Source: Mobula birostris (Eukaryota). From it: a stretch of 64,000 nt of DNA. The notes under the pieces are model-generated. The model did no database searches, was not told where the DNA came from, and saw nothing but the letters and a program-made list of their open reading frames with translations. The stretch covers positions 108,055,731 to 108,119,730 of the forward strand of contig NC_092378.1 in NCBI RefSeq assembly GCF_030028105.1. Reading direction: 5' to 3'. Below, one piece after another: positions 25,170-37,916 of this stretch; position 1 is the stretch's first letter, and each line of letters opens with the position of its first letter. Position numbers and translations under genes: made by a program.

Positions 25170-26700
25170 TTGAGCTTATTGTCACATGTACAGGTACAAT
25201 GAAAAACTGAGAAGCATTACAGACACAAATGTCATATAAGCAACATAGTCAATAAAAAATTATTCATAAATTATCCACCTTGTTCTAATTGTATTTTCTC
25301 GTAAAAACAGTTCATTTTAGTGTAAGGTGGTCAGTGGTCATCGTGTTTCTTTCTAAACTGTATTGATTAAGGTTTGCTGATTGGTTTAAGAAACAAATGG
25401 TGGAAGAGAAGTAGCTTTTTCTTGAACTTGGTGGTATGGGACTTCAGGCTTCTGTGCCTCGTAACTAACAGTAACTATGAAAAGATGGCATGGCCTGGAT
25501 GGTGGGGATCTTTGATAGATGTTGCCTTCGAGAGATGCTGTCAATGTTTGAGAGGAATGTGTCTGTGGTGGACTGGGCAGAGGTATCTACTCTGCAGCTT
25601 TTTGCCTTCCTGCAAATTTGAAAAGGTACAGCAGACCACGATGCAACCGGGCGGGATTCTTTCAACAGTAATCTGTGGAAGTTTGTTATAGTGTTTGATG
25701 ATGAGCCGAACTTCCGTTTTTTTTTAAAATGGAAAGATGATGGTGCACTTTCCTTATGATTGCAGCTATGCTGAGCTCAGGCCAGATCATCTGATTATGT
25801 TAATGTCCAGGAATTGAAAGCTGCTGACTCTCCCCACTGCTGATTTTTTTTTTCCCCCAATGCAGACTGGTCCATGTTTGCCGCTACTCCCTTCCCCTTC
25901 CTGAAGTCAACAAACCACTTTATTGCTTTGCTGATGTTTAATTGAGGTTCTTATTTGTGGTACCTCTTAACCAATGCCCATACTACCTCACTCCAGTAAG
26001 CTGATTCATCGCTACCTGTGCTTCGTCAAACAGTCGTGTTGGCAAATTTGTAGCTGGCATGTATTGATGGTCAACAAGGAGGAGATGTTACCAGTCCTCA
26101 GAGGTTTGCCAACGAGTAGAGTATCCAGTTGCAGAGGATGTACAGAAGCCCCGGTCTTGAAGCTTAATACTGAGGTTAGATAAGTTGATTGTGTTGAACA
26201 CCAGACTGCATTCTATGCTCAGCAGTCTGATGTAGAAATTCCTGTTGTCCCGATGGTCCAGACCAGAGTGTAGGGCCAGGGAAATGGCATTTGCTGTTGA
26301 CCTATTGTGGTAGCAAATTAGAAGAGATCCAGCTCATTTTGAGTTTGGAGTTGATTTGTACCATGAAACCAACCTCTCAAAGCACTACATTATGTTTGAT
26401 GGCAGTGCTACAGGATGGTCATCATTAAGGCAGATCACCACTCTCTTAGGCAGATGGGGATGTGAGCTGCAGAACTCAGTAATTGAATACGTCTGTAAAT
26501 GCTGTAGCCAGCTGGTCTGTACTGGTACTGTACAGTACAGTAATCAGCCCCAGGTACCTTGCCTGGATCAGGTACCTTTTGTGAATTTGCTTTCTTGAAG
26601 GATGCCGCGACATCGGCCTCAAAGACTAAAATTACAGGGTCATCTGGAGGTACGGGGTGAGGGGGGTGGTTGTGGGGATGGGTGTGTCGTAGTTTTTCTA
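25170..26700 (-). mobile_element. Degenerate Rex1-type LINE
   Basis: Scattered motifs: IKDPHHPGHA, VDFRK (25900-25912), DVAASFKKANSQKVPDP. Confidence 0.6.
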
Positions 26701-27219
26701 TCAAATCATGTACGCTAATGACATCGAACTCCTCTGGGAGTGATAAGTTGTCACCACTTAATATTTTAAGGTGTGTTTTCTGCTGTAAAGTAGCAGAAAA
26801 GTTTCTTTTGACCTGATTTCAAATCCTCCAGTTAAGTGACAATGAAAAAATACTTTTGTGAAAAAACGCTCACACTTGGTGTTATTTTAACATGTGGTTT
26901 TTCAGCATTGTCAACTTTGCCTGCTGCAGTTAAGGGTCTCGTTAAGATCCTAATGACTTGAAACTTCAAATATGTGATCAGTATGGTAGTACACTGGCCT
27001 GGAACTTCCAGGAGGAGGGAAACCTGGTTAACACTACAAGTTGGGGGAAAAACTTGCTCCTGTACCCTGAACAATTCTTATAACTAATTTCTTCACTTGT
27101 GCACATCGCTATCCTCTAATGGAGTTCTTGCATTGACATTTAAAAGTAAACACTTGCCTCCCTAATCTTGCCTACTTAACACCATTTTGAGATGTGCCGT
27201 AAACCTCTAACGTTTTCAG

Positions 27220-27354
27220 TCACAAATGAGAAAATCTGCGGATGCTGGAAACCCAAGCACAACGCTCAAAATGCTGGAGGAACTCAGCAGTCCAGACAGC
27301 ATCTGTGGAAAAGAGTGCTGTTGACATTTCGGGCCGAGACCCTTCAGCAGCACT
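27220..27354 (-). mobile_element. Penelope terminal-repeat fragment with mutated hammerhead motif
   Basis: GAAAATCTGCGGATGCTGGAAA...GGGCCGAGACCCTTCAGCAG matches 45918-46050. Confidence 0.85.
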
Positions 27355-30018
27355 TTTCAATCATCTGCCTCTCTATCTCCCTTCTGTGGATTTGCTGTTG
27401 CCGGGTTTCCTTTAAACATTTTGCAAGCTTTTGGCCAAATACAGTCACAAATTTTCTCGCGTGTGGTTTATATTTGAGTCTGCAGATGACTGCGGCTGTG
27501 AGGCCACAAAGAAATCTTTAACCACTTCCCTTGTGGCTTTTCATTCTGTCGTCACTACACCTTTTCTTGCTCTTTTCAGGGTGCCATGGATGGCTTCTTT
27601 CTGTGTCTTTGGTCTTCTGCTGTTTCAACCCCAGCCATTTCTGCCTTGTTCAAGCAAACTAACTCTGAGATTTTTATTTTTTTTCACTGACCTAACAAGT
27701 TTAAGACGTTCACGTTACTCAAGATATTTAACTGTACATCAGCATGTGCTGAAAATGTTCACAGGGACCTGTCAGCTGATGACTACTTTGCATTTTCAGA
27801 AAATGATGCTTGCTGATATGCTAGTTGGATTTAACACCCCCCTCCCCCAGACAGATGGGGTGTCCCCAGCATTGTTCTGAACCCTTATTTTTCCACTTCT
27901 GCCCTTGGCCCTCCCTGCTACCCTTGGCTTTAAATGCCCTCTGCCTCACCATTTTGACACTTCAAAACACCACAACACTGTTTCAGACTGCTATTTTCTA
28001 GCTTTACCAGAAGATGCAACAATATGAATAGTGGAAGGAACTATGAAAGACTTAGAAAATGGTGCCAGTGCAATGCACCGCCAAGAACCTGAGAGTGGTC
28101 AATTTGATTCAATTTAAAAATGAAGGAAAGGAAGCGTCATAGTAAATAAAGGGACCAATATCTTCTTTCTCTGCAGCATTAACTAGTGACTCAATCGGTT
28201 CATATTTTGAAAGTAACAGTTTGAGAGATCTTTGGGGAGTTTTGTGAATACTTAGTACTATGAACAACATGGCTTTTAAAAAGTTGCGAACTTTCCCCAG
28301 TGGTATTAACAAAGACTTTTCCCAAATAGTTGTGCAGTGATCATGTTCCATTTCTGTGCTGCTACTGGGTGTGGGCCAAGTTTCACAAGTGTAGGCGGAG
28401 CCTTGGACATTAGTCTGAGTTCTCACCCTTTTTTCAATTGTATGAGAATTCTTTAAAGTTCTGCCCCAACAGCTTTATGGCTGTTCACCGCCTATTTCCT
28501 CCTTTCTATCTGCCTGTATCAGCTTAAGCTGAACAAAGGGCTGGCAGGCTATGAATCCTGGGCCGATGGCAATCAGTTGTGGCACCTGCATGAGCAACAG
28601 CTGGGAGAAACAGATGGTGAAACCAGATCCTCTTCACCCAGTTGAGATGGAACTCCAAATTGACAATGGCCATTGATTGAGTAGTTCATTTGTGAAGAAG
28701 TTTGAAGTTGGCATGCTTGGTGAGAGGGAGTAAAGCCCAGGCAAAATGAATTGATTGTGTAGCAGATCTGACAATTCACAAAGGTATTCTGAAGAGTTGG
28801 AGCTTCTGGAGAATTTACCCTTTATCCTGCCAGGAGTTCAAAAAATATTCATCTCCCATTTTGTTGCTTTCACTTCATTCCTCTAAGCTTTCCTGTAATT
28901 GTGGGTGGTTGAGTTAACTTCTGTCTTTTGTGCTAGAGAGCAACAGTTGTGATCAATGAAAGTTCTTATTTGCACTAGTTGACTCAGATGTCACATTGCC
29001 CAATTAGCCTGGGTTTGTGTGTGACCTTTGTCACTTGGTATTTTCAAGCCATTCATCCACAATTACTTGGCATCTAACCAGTTCTTGCCTGATATCAGCT
29101 ACATAATTCTGGCATGGTTATTGGTTAGAGGCCAGTAGTTCTTTTCGCTCCCTAAAATATGGTTACTGAGGATAGTTGTCTAGTACTGCTGACTGAGTCA
29201 TGTAGATTGGAATAAAACAAAAATCAAATTAGATAGAGCCCTTCCCTTTTTGAATTCTCAAGCCTGCTTGGTCTTTGGGAAGATTATCCATAGATGCCCT
29301 TTGGTTTGCTTTCCCTGAGGAATTGTCTAATGCAGATGTCCTGACTGAAACTGAAGCCCATTGTATTTTATTAGTCTATTCTGAATGTATAATGGCATAG
29401 GGTTGCTGTTTATTCTTGGAAAGTAAAATGATACTAAATTACAGAACATAAGCAATCCCTAGGCACTGTTCTCTAATTTTTGATTACAATAAATGCATAT
29501 GAAAACTGGCCAACGTGTTGAGAGGCCTTCATCAACTAGCTGTTGTCCGAAGTCCTGTATACAATAGTTTGGTGTCATTTGGCCAGTTTCCTTTTTAGTA
29601 AACTTTAGTACTTTAGAAATGTGTTTATTCTGTCTGCATCTTTTAGTAGACTTCCTGAATAAGTTTTTTGTCACTATGCTGATTGCAGGTATGATAACAG
29701 AGTAGCTTTTGAGTTGGTGTTAGTGATGAGTGTTCTTGTACTGCAGTGGGTAAGTGTGGATTGGAGTAGTTGCCCCCAAAGCCTTAGTTTCTGTGTCCGT
29801 CGCATAAACATGGTTTTCTTATAACAGTATGGAAAGCAACAATAACTCTCCCCAGATATCTTTTGCCTTTGAACTAATTACATTTGGTAATTGTTTTAAT
29901 GTCTAGTCAGCTCTGACCTCTATCAGTGTTTTTTTAATGCTTTTTTTATACATCTGTGGCATTTTAGTGGAATGCCACATTGTCATATGACAGATGCACG
30001 TACTGAATGTCTTCAATA

Positions 30019-31052
30019 CAGGTTGAGCACCCCTTATCCAAATTGCTTGGGGCTGAGAGTGTTTTAGATTTCAGATTTTATTTCATATCTTGGAATATTT
30101 GCATCTATGTAATGAGATGCCTTGGGGATGTGACCCAAGTCAAGACACAAAATCCATTTACGTTACATATACAGCATATGTGCAGCTTCTGTGAAGCTCA
30201 CAGTGAACAGCCTGCAGTTGGAGAGCAGTCTGATGAGATGGAGCTAGGTCCTCCATAGACTGTGGAAGCTGAATGACCAGCCCTCACCACGTCTATTACC
30301 AGGTTCCAGCACTGCGATTGGCTTCATATCCATGATAGATTTCAAACAGCCTTCTGTTCCACAGCAACAACAATGCAACTATAATTTTGTGCATGAATAA
30401 ATAATTTGTACATTGAACCATCAGAAAGGTTAGCTACCACTACCTCGGCTGCCTAGGTGGGCTGTTTGGCATGACCATCACCCCAAAGTCTGAATTTATG
30501 TGCTGCTGGTAAGCAGTCTTTTTCTTGTTCGTCACACATATGTACGGTTGCAGCTGCTCAGTGTGTTAGATTTTCATCTCCAACAATCTTGGCAAACTCA
30601 TCAATGAATTTCTCTGCTGCTTCATGATCAGATGCTTTATCACCACAAATCTTCAAAGGTTTAATGCTGTGCCTGATATTTCTGCAATTAGCCTGCTGAG
30701 TATTCACAATTACCTTCAATTTTCAGTTTGTCGTGATAGATCTTTGCTTGTTTCACTGTAAAGCAGCATATGTTCACCCTGACCCTGATGAATCCACTCT
30801 TTCAATGCACAATTGAGATTTTTTTGCTTTATGCAGTGTTTTGCTATTTTTCATTAGCATCTGTTCATTACATATGTGAGGTCACTTGGAAATGTCTGTG
30901 GTGCATAGAGACCTGTGCCTCACCTGGGTATCTTGCCAGTGCCTTGTGAAATTTTCCATTTGTGACATCATGTCAGCAACTCCAAAAAAAAAGCAAGATG
31001 GGTTCCGGAGGTTTTTGGATTTTGGAATTTCGGATAAGGGATATTCAACCTG
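30019..31052 (-). mobile_element. Tigger/pogo-family DNA transposon (Tigger4/MER46-like), internally deleted
   Basis: TIRs CAGGTTGAGCACCCCTTATCC and GGATAAGGGATATTCAACCTG with TA on both sides. Minus-strand transposase remnant RHSIKPLKICGDKASDHEAAEKFIDEFAKIVGDENLT (~30565-30675). Confidence 0.9.
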
Positions 31053-31089
31053 TAATTTAATCAATAATTCAGACCTTTGTTCCTCTTAA

Positions 31090-31330
31090 TTATTTCAAAG
31101 TGAGACAGCACTTTAACAGGTCCTTCTGGCTTAACGAACCCACATCACTCACTCAGTTGCAACCACGTGACCAATTCACCTACTGTCCTATATGCCTTTG
31201 GAATGTGGGAGGAAACCAGAGCTTCTGGAGGAAATCCATGCATTTATAGGGAGAATGTCCAAGCTCCTTGAACCCAAGTCGCTGGCACTGTAATAATGTT
31301 ACCTTGATTGCTATACTTCGCACCACCCCA
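31090..31330 (-). mobile_element. V-SINE/HE1-like SINE
   Basis: GGAATGTGGGAGGAAACCAGAGC...GGAGGAAATCCATGC...GGGAGAATGTCCAAGCTCC. Confidence 0.75.
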
Positions 31331-32599
31331 TTATTTCTTCCATTTTGGACTCTGAGGTGGCTAATGAGGTCTATATAGGAACCACTCACTAGAGGGGTAG
31401 CAGGTGGTGACTGGGCTAGGGAGTGATAGTTTGTGAGGCAAACTTCTGCCACTTGCACTGTGCCTGATGAATGGGCTCAGTTCTTGATACTGCCCTTAAT
31501 GCTCCTTCTTTACTTTGAGTGCTTATGAGAATGGTAGGGATATTGCATTACAAGGAAACTGAGCCCATCCTTGAATTTTTTTTTCTCTTTTCCCTCCTGA
31601 TGATATCCTCCAACCCGAGTTTTGAACAGAAACTCTGTTGTGGGAATCCAGTATTGGTCACTCACACATCTTTTTTACGACCTGCTGAGACCCTGGTTGC
31701 ATTCAGTATTATGGATGTTGGTCCGTGAGAGAACACTTTTGTTTTGCCAATCTTTGCAGTAAATCTGGATTGCTTTGTAAAGACATTGGCATTTTTTCCA
31801 GTGCTTTCTAGTGTTTGAAGGTAGTACAAGTTTCGGAGGTATATAGAAGGGCAGGGAAATCAAGTAGATGATGAATTTTGTGCCTTATCTTTTCCTTGTT
31901 CAATCAAAAATTGTGAATTTCTTCATCAGTATCAAACTTTGCCTAAAGGAGGCTCATCAGATTGAGAAGTCTCCATTTTCCAGTGTCTTGACAAGAAACT
32001 TTGTCATGTTGTGGAGGAAGTGGGCTGGTAGAGGGTTTTGGTTTTGAGGATGTTGAGTACAAACCCCAATCTTTTGAACTTTTGGGAAAATTTGCAGTCT
32101 CAATCTTGGTCTCCAGTAAGGTGCAAATGCAAGTGTTGTCTGTGGATTGAGGTGTGGCTGACCTCTGATCTGCAGTACAGTTGTCATAGGACAAAGAGTT
32201 TCCCATTAGTTCTAAAGATTAGCTCCACTTTTGTGAGAGGTTTGGAGGCAAAGTCCAGTATTGCAGTGAGAAAGATTAAGTGAAGTATTGAGGATGTTAA
32301 ATAGTTTTGCGTGATAGCTGTTTTCATTTATGTTGGTTGATATCCTGACTTGCATTGAGATGGAGATGAAATTCTATCGGCAAACACTTTGAGGGGATTT
32401 CTTTTCCCTCTCAACTCATGTCAAAAGATTAATGTGAGATTAAAGGAGCCACTATGTGCTGAGTGGTCTGTGCTGCTCCCTATATTTAAATTTGTCAAGA
32501 GGTGAAGATCATCTTCATTGCCATACATATATTTCTGGCTCCTGAGGAGGTGATTGAGACCAACAACTAATTGAGTTTCACTCTTCTACAGATCTAATA

Positions 32600-33447
32600 T
32601 TTGCACACATCTCGCTCAAACATTGAACTGATTCCAAAACCTATACTCACTTTCAAGTTCGCTTAAGAATTACGTTCTCTATTTATTATTGTTCTTGTCA
32701 CTTTTTTCTCTTTGTATTTGCACAATTTGTTATCTTTTGCATATTTGTTTGCCTGTCTTTGTCCAAAAGTTCAAAGTAAATCTTTAGCCAGAGAGTGATG
32801 ATTCAGTGAAATTTGTTGTCACAGACGGCTGTGGAGGCAAGTCATTGAGTATATTTAAGGCAGAGTTTGATCGATTCTTAGCCATGGCATGAAGGGGTAT
32901 GGGGAAAGAAGGCAGGAAAATTGAGGCTGAGAGGAAAATGGATCAGCCATGATGAAATGGTGAAGCAGACAGAATTGGCCAAATGGCCTAATTCTGTTTC
33001 TATATCTCGTGGTGTTATGGTGTAAAGTTGATATCAATGTACATGTATGTCACCATATACAACCCTGAGATTTATTTTCTTGTGAACATACTCAAATCTA
33101 CAGTATAATAACCATAACTGAATCAATGAAAGACTGTTCAACTTCAGTGTTCAACCAGAGAGCAGAGACGACAAAATGTAAATGCAAAAAGAAATAAAGA
33201 AGTAGTAAATACTGAGAACACGAGATGTGTCCTTGAAAGTGAGTTCATTGGTTGGAAGTGAAGTTGGGTAAGTATTCCCTTTGTTTCAAGAGCTGATGGT
33301 TGAGGGGTTGTAACTGTTTTGCACAATGTGCAGTTCATTGATTCAATTGTGTTTCTGCGTACTTACTGTGAATGCCTGCAAGAAAATAAATCTCAGGGTA
33401 GTGTATAGTGACATACGTACTTTGAAAATAAATTTACTTCGAACTTC
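32600..33447. mobile_element. Nested LINE tails: Rex1-type 3' UTR (+) containing an antisense copy that contains a CR1 3' end (32782-33020, +)
   Basis: The + copy matches 59840-60145, the - copy matches 36665-36980, and the CR1 part matches 20310-20530. Confidence 0.65.
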
Positions 33448-33583
33448 GCACTTTTGATTTTGTACTTGAGTTTTTCAGTTTGTAGCAGTTGGTCTGCTTA
33501 TGAATTTAAAAGGAACCTTGTTTATTAACATTAAAATACAAAGCAAAATGTGTTAGAATGGATAAATCATAAACAATCCGGTC

Positions 33584-33608
33584 CGTGTGTGTGTGTGTGT
33601 GTGTGTGT
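33584..33608. repeat. (GT)n microsatellite followed by a CR1 fragment (-, 33610-33825)
   Basis: Direct reading. Downstream sequence matches 44430-44650. Confidence 0.85.
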
Positions 33609-34544
33609 CCTCTCATGTTCCCCTTAGACTTTTCACCCTTAACCCATAACCTCTGTTTGTAGCTCCACCCACATTCTGAAAAAACCCTGCTTGCATATCT
33701 ATACCAGTCATAATTTTGTATACCTCTCTAAAATCTCCACTTAATCTTCTATGTTCCCAGGAATAAAGTCCTAACTTATTCAATCTTATAACTCAGGTCC
33801 TCTAGTCCTGCCAACATCCTTGTGGAATATCATTGTCATAGAATTGAATACCCTAGTACAGAGATCATTAATTTGCAAATGCAGGTAGGATTTGGAATGA
33901 TTTTATTCCATCCAAGTTGCCTTTGCTTTCTCACTAGATTTCCAACTTGTTAATAATTTCAGCTGCAAATATCAGGTGCACAAGGGAACTGTTTCACTGC
34001 TTCAATAAGTCTTTAGTGAAATGTTTGTGCTGTTGTGAGCAATATCTGAATTCTTTACACAAGCAATAATTTCTGAATCTTGTCTTTTGTTTATGGCTTG
34101 TCTTTCTAGATGGAGAAATCCAAAGTTATTTTGAATTGTACTGGGAAAGTGACCTGACATGACTCCTATACTCCCCCGACTTTTCCACAGGGAAAACAAC
34201 AGGATACCGTTTTTGTTCAGGGGCCTTCTTTGGAAGCACATTGCCGACAACCAGTTGTTAACTTTCTATAGTTAAAATGACTTTTTGCAAGAGACATTTT
34301 ACCAGAATCTATTTAACATTCTGGTAAGAGACAAACCACATTAATGGGACTGCTTGGGATAGGTTTTTCTAAACTCAATGAAATAATTTCAATTGAAAGG
34401 CACATATTAAATTGGTTAGGGCATTGTATGGGAGAAACAATTTCCATGCCTGCCAAGATTTAGTCAACACAAATGTTCACCCACATAAGTGTTTATATAA
34501 GTTTGTTTGAACAGGAAAATATTTAAATCAAATTGAGAGGTGCT

Positions 34545-35000
34545 ATAGTTAGTTATTGCCTATTATTCCACTGGCATTTAGAGCAGTAATGAAGATAATT
34601 CATTTATATCTGTCCTTGGTCATCTTCCCTATTTTGCCCAAAGAATGGTTCAGGGTCTTCATTTTGCCTCCAAGGTATGTCTTTGGTTTCCTGTGTTTCC
34701 TCCACCCTGCAGAGGTTCAGCGGAGAGCTGGCTTGTTGAAGGAGTTGGCTTCTCGTCTCATCATGTGCCCAATCCATCTCCAGTGTTTCCTCATGGTAAT
34801 TGTGGCCATGTGCTCTTGATGACACTGAAGGAGAAGGGTGTGGCTGGAGAGCTCTCTTGGGCAGAATATACAGAGGATATTATGGAAGCTCCTGGTGTGG
34901 AATGACAGCTTGGCAAGGTTGTTCTGTCAAGTGCCAGCATTATGATCTGTACAGGAGTGTGAATACACAGAGGTGCTATAGACTTGCATTTATTTTGACT
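34545..35000 (-). mobile_element. RTE-clade LINE 3' fragment
   Basis: Shares HEETLEMDWAHDE with ORF 1494-1859. (AACT)n-like tail at 34547-34556. Confidence 0.8.
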
Positions 35001-36664
35001 GGAGCTCTTCACCCATCCTAATCCAAAGAATGTGTTCCCTTTTTCTGCTAGTTCCTAAGAAAAATAATGCTTGAAGTTCTGTTGTAAATGGCTACAATAC
35101 ATGGTTTTCATTTGGTTTGCAATTGTCTTTGATGCAAGATAATTTTACACTTTACATTTTCCATCCAGATGTAGTTCATTGTAAGCTTCCCAAAACTATT
35201 CCACCTTTCTGGCTGTGCCCCTTGGGTTAGCTCTTTTTTTTACAGTTCATTACCCTAACTGGCCGAGCCACAGATTGCCAGAGTAGCTTGCTATGGACTA
35301 GTGTTGCATAGATATGATGATTGTGTTGTGACTGTGATCTTGGTCACTGAAGAGACACTGAAGCTTTATTCATCCCAGTAAGCAGGCAGGCATTTTCTGG
35401 TGTTCCTCTCGTGAACTCAAAGTAGATCAGATTTCTATGTCCTTTAAATCAGCGATAAGTGTTTCAGAGTGCAAAGTACATTTATTAAAGTACGTATATA
35501 AATATACAACCTTGACATTTGTCTCTTTTTAGGCAGCCACAGAATAAAGGAACTATTTAAAAATAGACAATCAAAACCCAATGTGCAGAGTGGGAGAAAA
35601 GAATCAATGAAAAGTCAGAAGTTCCCATGGCATTATTTACTTCAACAGTTTGAATCTGATAATGCTTCAGATATATCTACAATATATCTGCATGTTCAAA
35701 CTCCTTTGCTCAGATAAACTAATTCACAAGGATGGTCTAAAAGCTTCTGAGGGCAGGGATCCCAGACACCCGTTATTATTACTCTGAGAGCCAATTCTGA
35801 GTACACAAACATCCTAATACCAGAGAAATATGCATGCGACCATGTTTCATGTGCTAAGTGACAATACCAGTCTGCTTTGCCTGCTTCCTTGAATTCAGTC
35901 ATAATGGTGCAAAATAAGGTAACCAGTGTTGCTGGGTTTGATGCAGGCTATTTAGCTTAACACTTTTGTTTGATATTTGGCTGATGATTGTGCATGAGCA
36001 ACTTCACTTTGCAAATCATATCTGTTGAGCAGCTATGTCTCTGCTGTGGGCCAGCAGCAGCCTGTAGATAGTGCTGTTTGCAAAGCTGTCCATTTTTAGT
36101 TCAAATTGATTACTACTTGCATTTTTACCTTAATCTGGTTTGAACTAATATCTGCTATATTCACAATTCCATAACTCCTGGATCTTTAATGGTGGTAAAT
36201 AGTTTTAATACTTGGGCATAGCCTTGCAAGCTTGTGTGGGAAACTATTTAACTGAGCATCAATTAATGCCATTCATGGAGTCGGCTGTAATGAATTGAAG
36301 TAGCTGTTTTATGGAGGTTCTGATGTTGCATGAGATTAGAGCAGCAGTCTGCATTGTACCAGTTGGGCTCAGGTCAGCACCTATATCACAACTGCCAGCA
36401 AAAATAACAGCCCAGTTTTTATAGAGCTTTTAACATTGGCAAAATGTCCCAAGAAGCTTCAGTGTTATTGATCAGTATATGGCTCATTTTCAACATGAGC
36501 TATTAGATCAAAAGCTTGTTCAAATGGGTTTTACAGAGGGAGTTGAAGAGAGATCAAAAATACATTACCTCAGCATTTCTAGCATTTCAGGCTCACTTCG
36601 TGGTGCCCATTGTCACTTGGAGGTGAACAATCAGGAGATCAATGCCCCAGTTAGTTTCTTCTGT

Positions 36665-37140
36665 GTTCAAAGATTCAGGTAAATTTTATTATGAAAGTAG
36701 ATATGTCACCACACACAACCCTGAGATTCATTTTCTTGTGGGCATACTCAATAAATCTATAGAATTGTAACTATAAACAGAATCAATGTAAGACTGCCGA
36801 TTAGGGTGTTCAACCAGAGCGCAGAAGACAACAAACTATGCAAATCCAAATATAAATAAGTAATAAATATTGCAAACATGAAAGTGAGCCCATTGGTTGT
36901 GGGAACATTTCAATGATGAGGCAAGTGAAAGTTATCCTATTTGGTTCAAAAGCCTGATGGTTGAGGGATGGTAACTGCTCCTGAACCTGGTGGTGCGAGT
37001 CCTGAGGCTCTTGTAGCTCTTTCCTGATGGCACCAGTGAGAAGAGAGCTTGCTCTGGGTGGCAGAGAAACCCATGAGGGACACTGCTTTCCTATGACAGC
37101 GTTTTGTGTAGACGGGCTCAATGGTTGGAAGGACCCCGTG
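36665..37140 (-). mobile_element. Rex1-type LINE 3' end
   Basis: LPTIEPVYTKRCHRKA...LFSLVPSGKSYKSLRTRTTRFRSSY remnants plus the shared 3' UTR. Confidence 0.8.
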
Positions 37141-37705
37141 TTGCACTTGGTGGTGCAACTATCAATCATTTCCTCCTTGTTGAAAATCTTGCAATGCTAT
37201 TTTGAAGATTAGTAGGAATATTGTCTCTAATATCAATATTTATCCTCTAAGTAAAATCAGAAGTGCTATCTAGTTTTTTGTATTCCTGTTTGTGATGCAT
37301 CAACCAATTTAATTACATATATTTCATGAAATTGCTGAAACTAAGCTTCAGAAGTATTTCATCACAGGTCACTGCCAAGTATTTTAATTGTACATCAACT
37401 TAAGTTGCCTCTCCCTTTAGGGGACTAAAATAAATGAGTTACAAACTTCCGGCTTCTGAAAATCACTGGAATTTGGAATGATGGCATGAGTACAATACTG
37501 AGAACTAGAAAATGCCTGACTTACTGAATACTTACAGCATTTGCAGACAGTGAGAAAACTAGCATTCGAAAACAATGAAAACAAACACTGAAACACTTTA
37601 CTGTTGATGTCTTGCATACAGAGCAATCCCAACAAGTATTTTCATTCTTCATTTGCACAGTTTTTTTTTTGTTATTATAATTAAAGATGACCACTGGGTA
37701 GTGAA

Positions 37706-37916
37706 AGCTGACTGGTAGTGTAGTTGGATCCGTATCAGACTTGGAGGCGAGAGGTTCTGGGTTCAAATCGAGCTGGCTACTTGCATGCTTTCCATCCGTG
37801 CTGGTTTGAACGTCAAGCTAACAACTCGGCCTTGTGGAAAAAAATCACAGACAAAAATGCTAAAGAAATAGCAGTTTTGCAGCCCGATGTGCCACAAGGC
37901 ACAGAAAGGAACAACA
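37706..37916 (+). mobile_element. tRNA-head SINE with (CAA)n tail
   Basis: A-box-like TGGTAGTGTAGTTGG, B-box GGTTCAAATC, tail AACAACA. Imperfect 13-bp TSD ACTGGGTAGTGAA / ACTGAGTATTGAA (37693-37705, 37917-37929). Confidence 0.8.

Noticed and set aside
37706-37780. tRNA gene
   Set aside because: A/B boxes are present but it continues into a SINE body with tail and TSD; no convincing cloverleaf.
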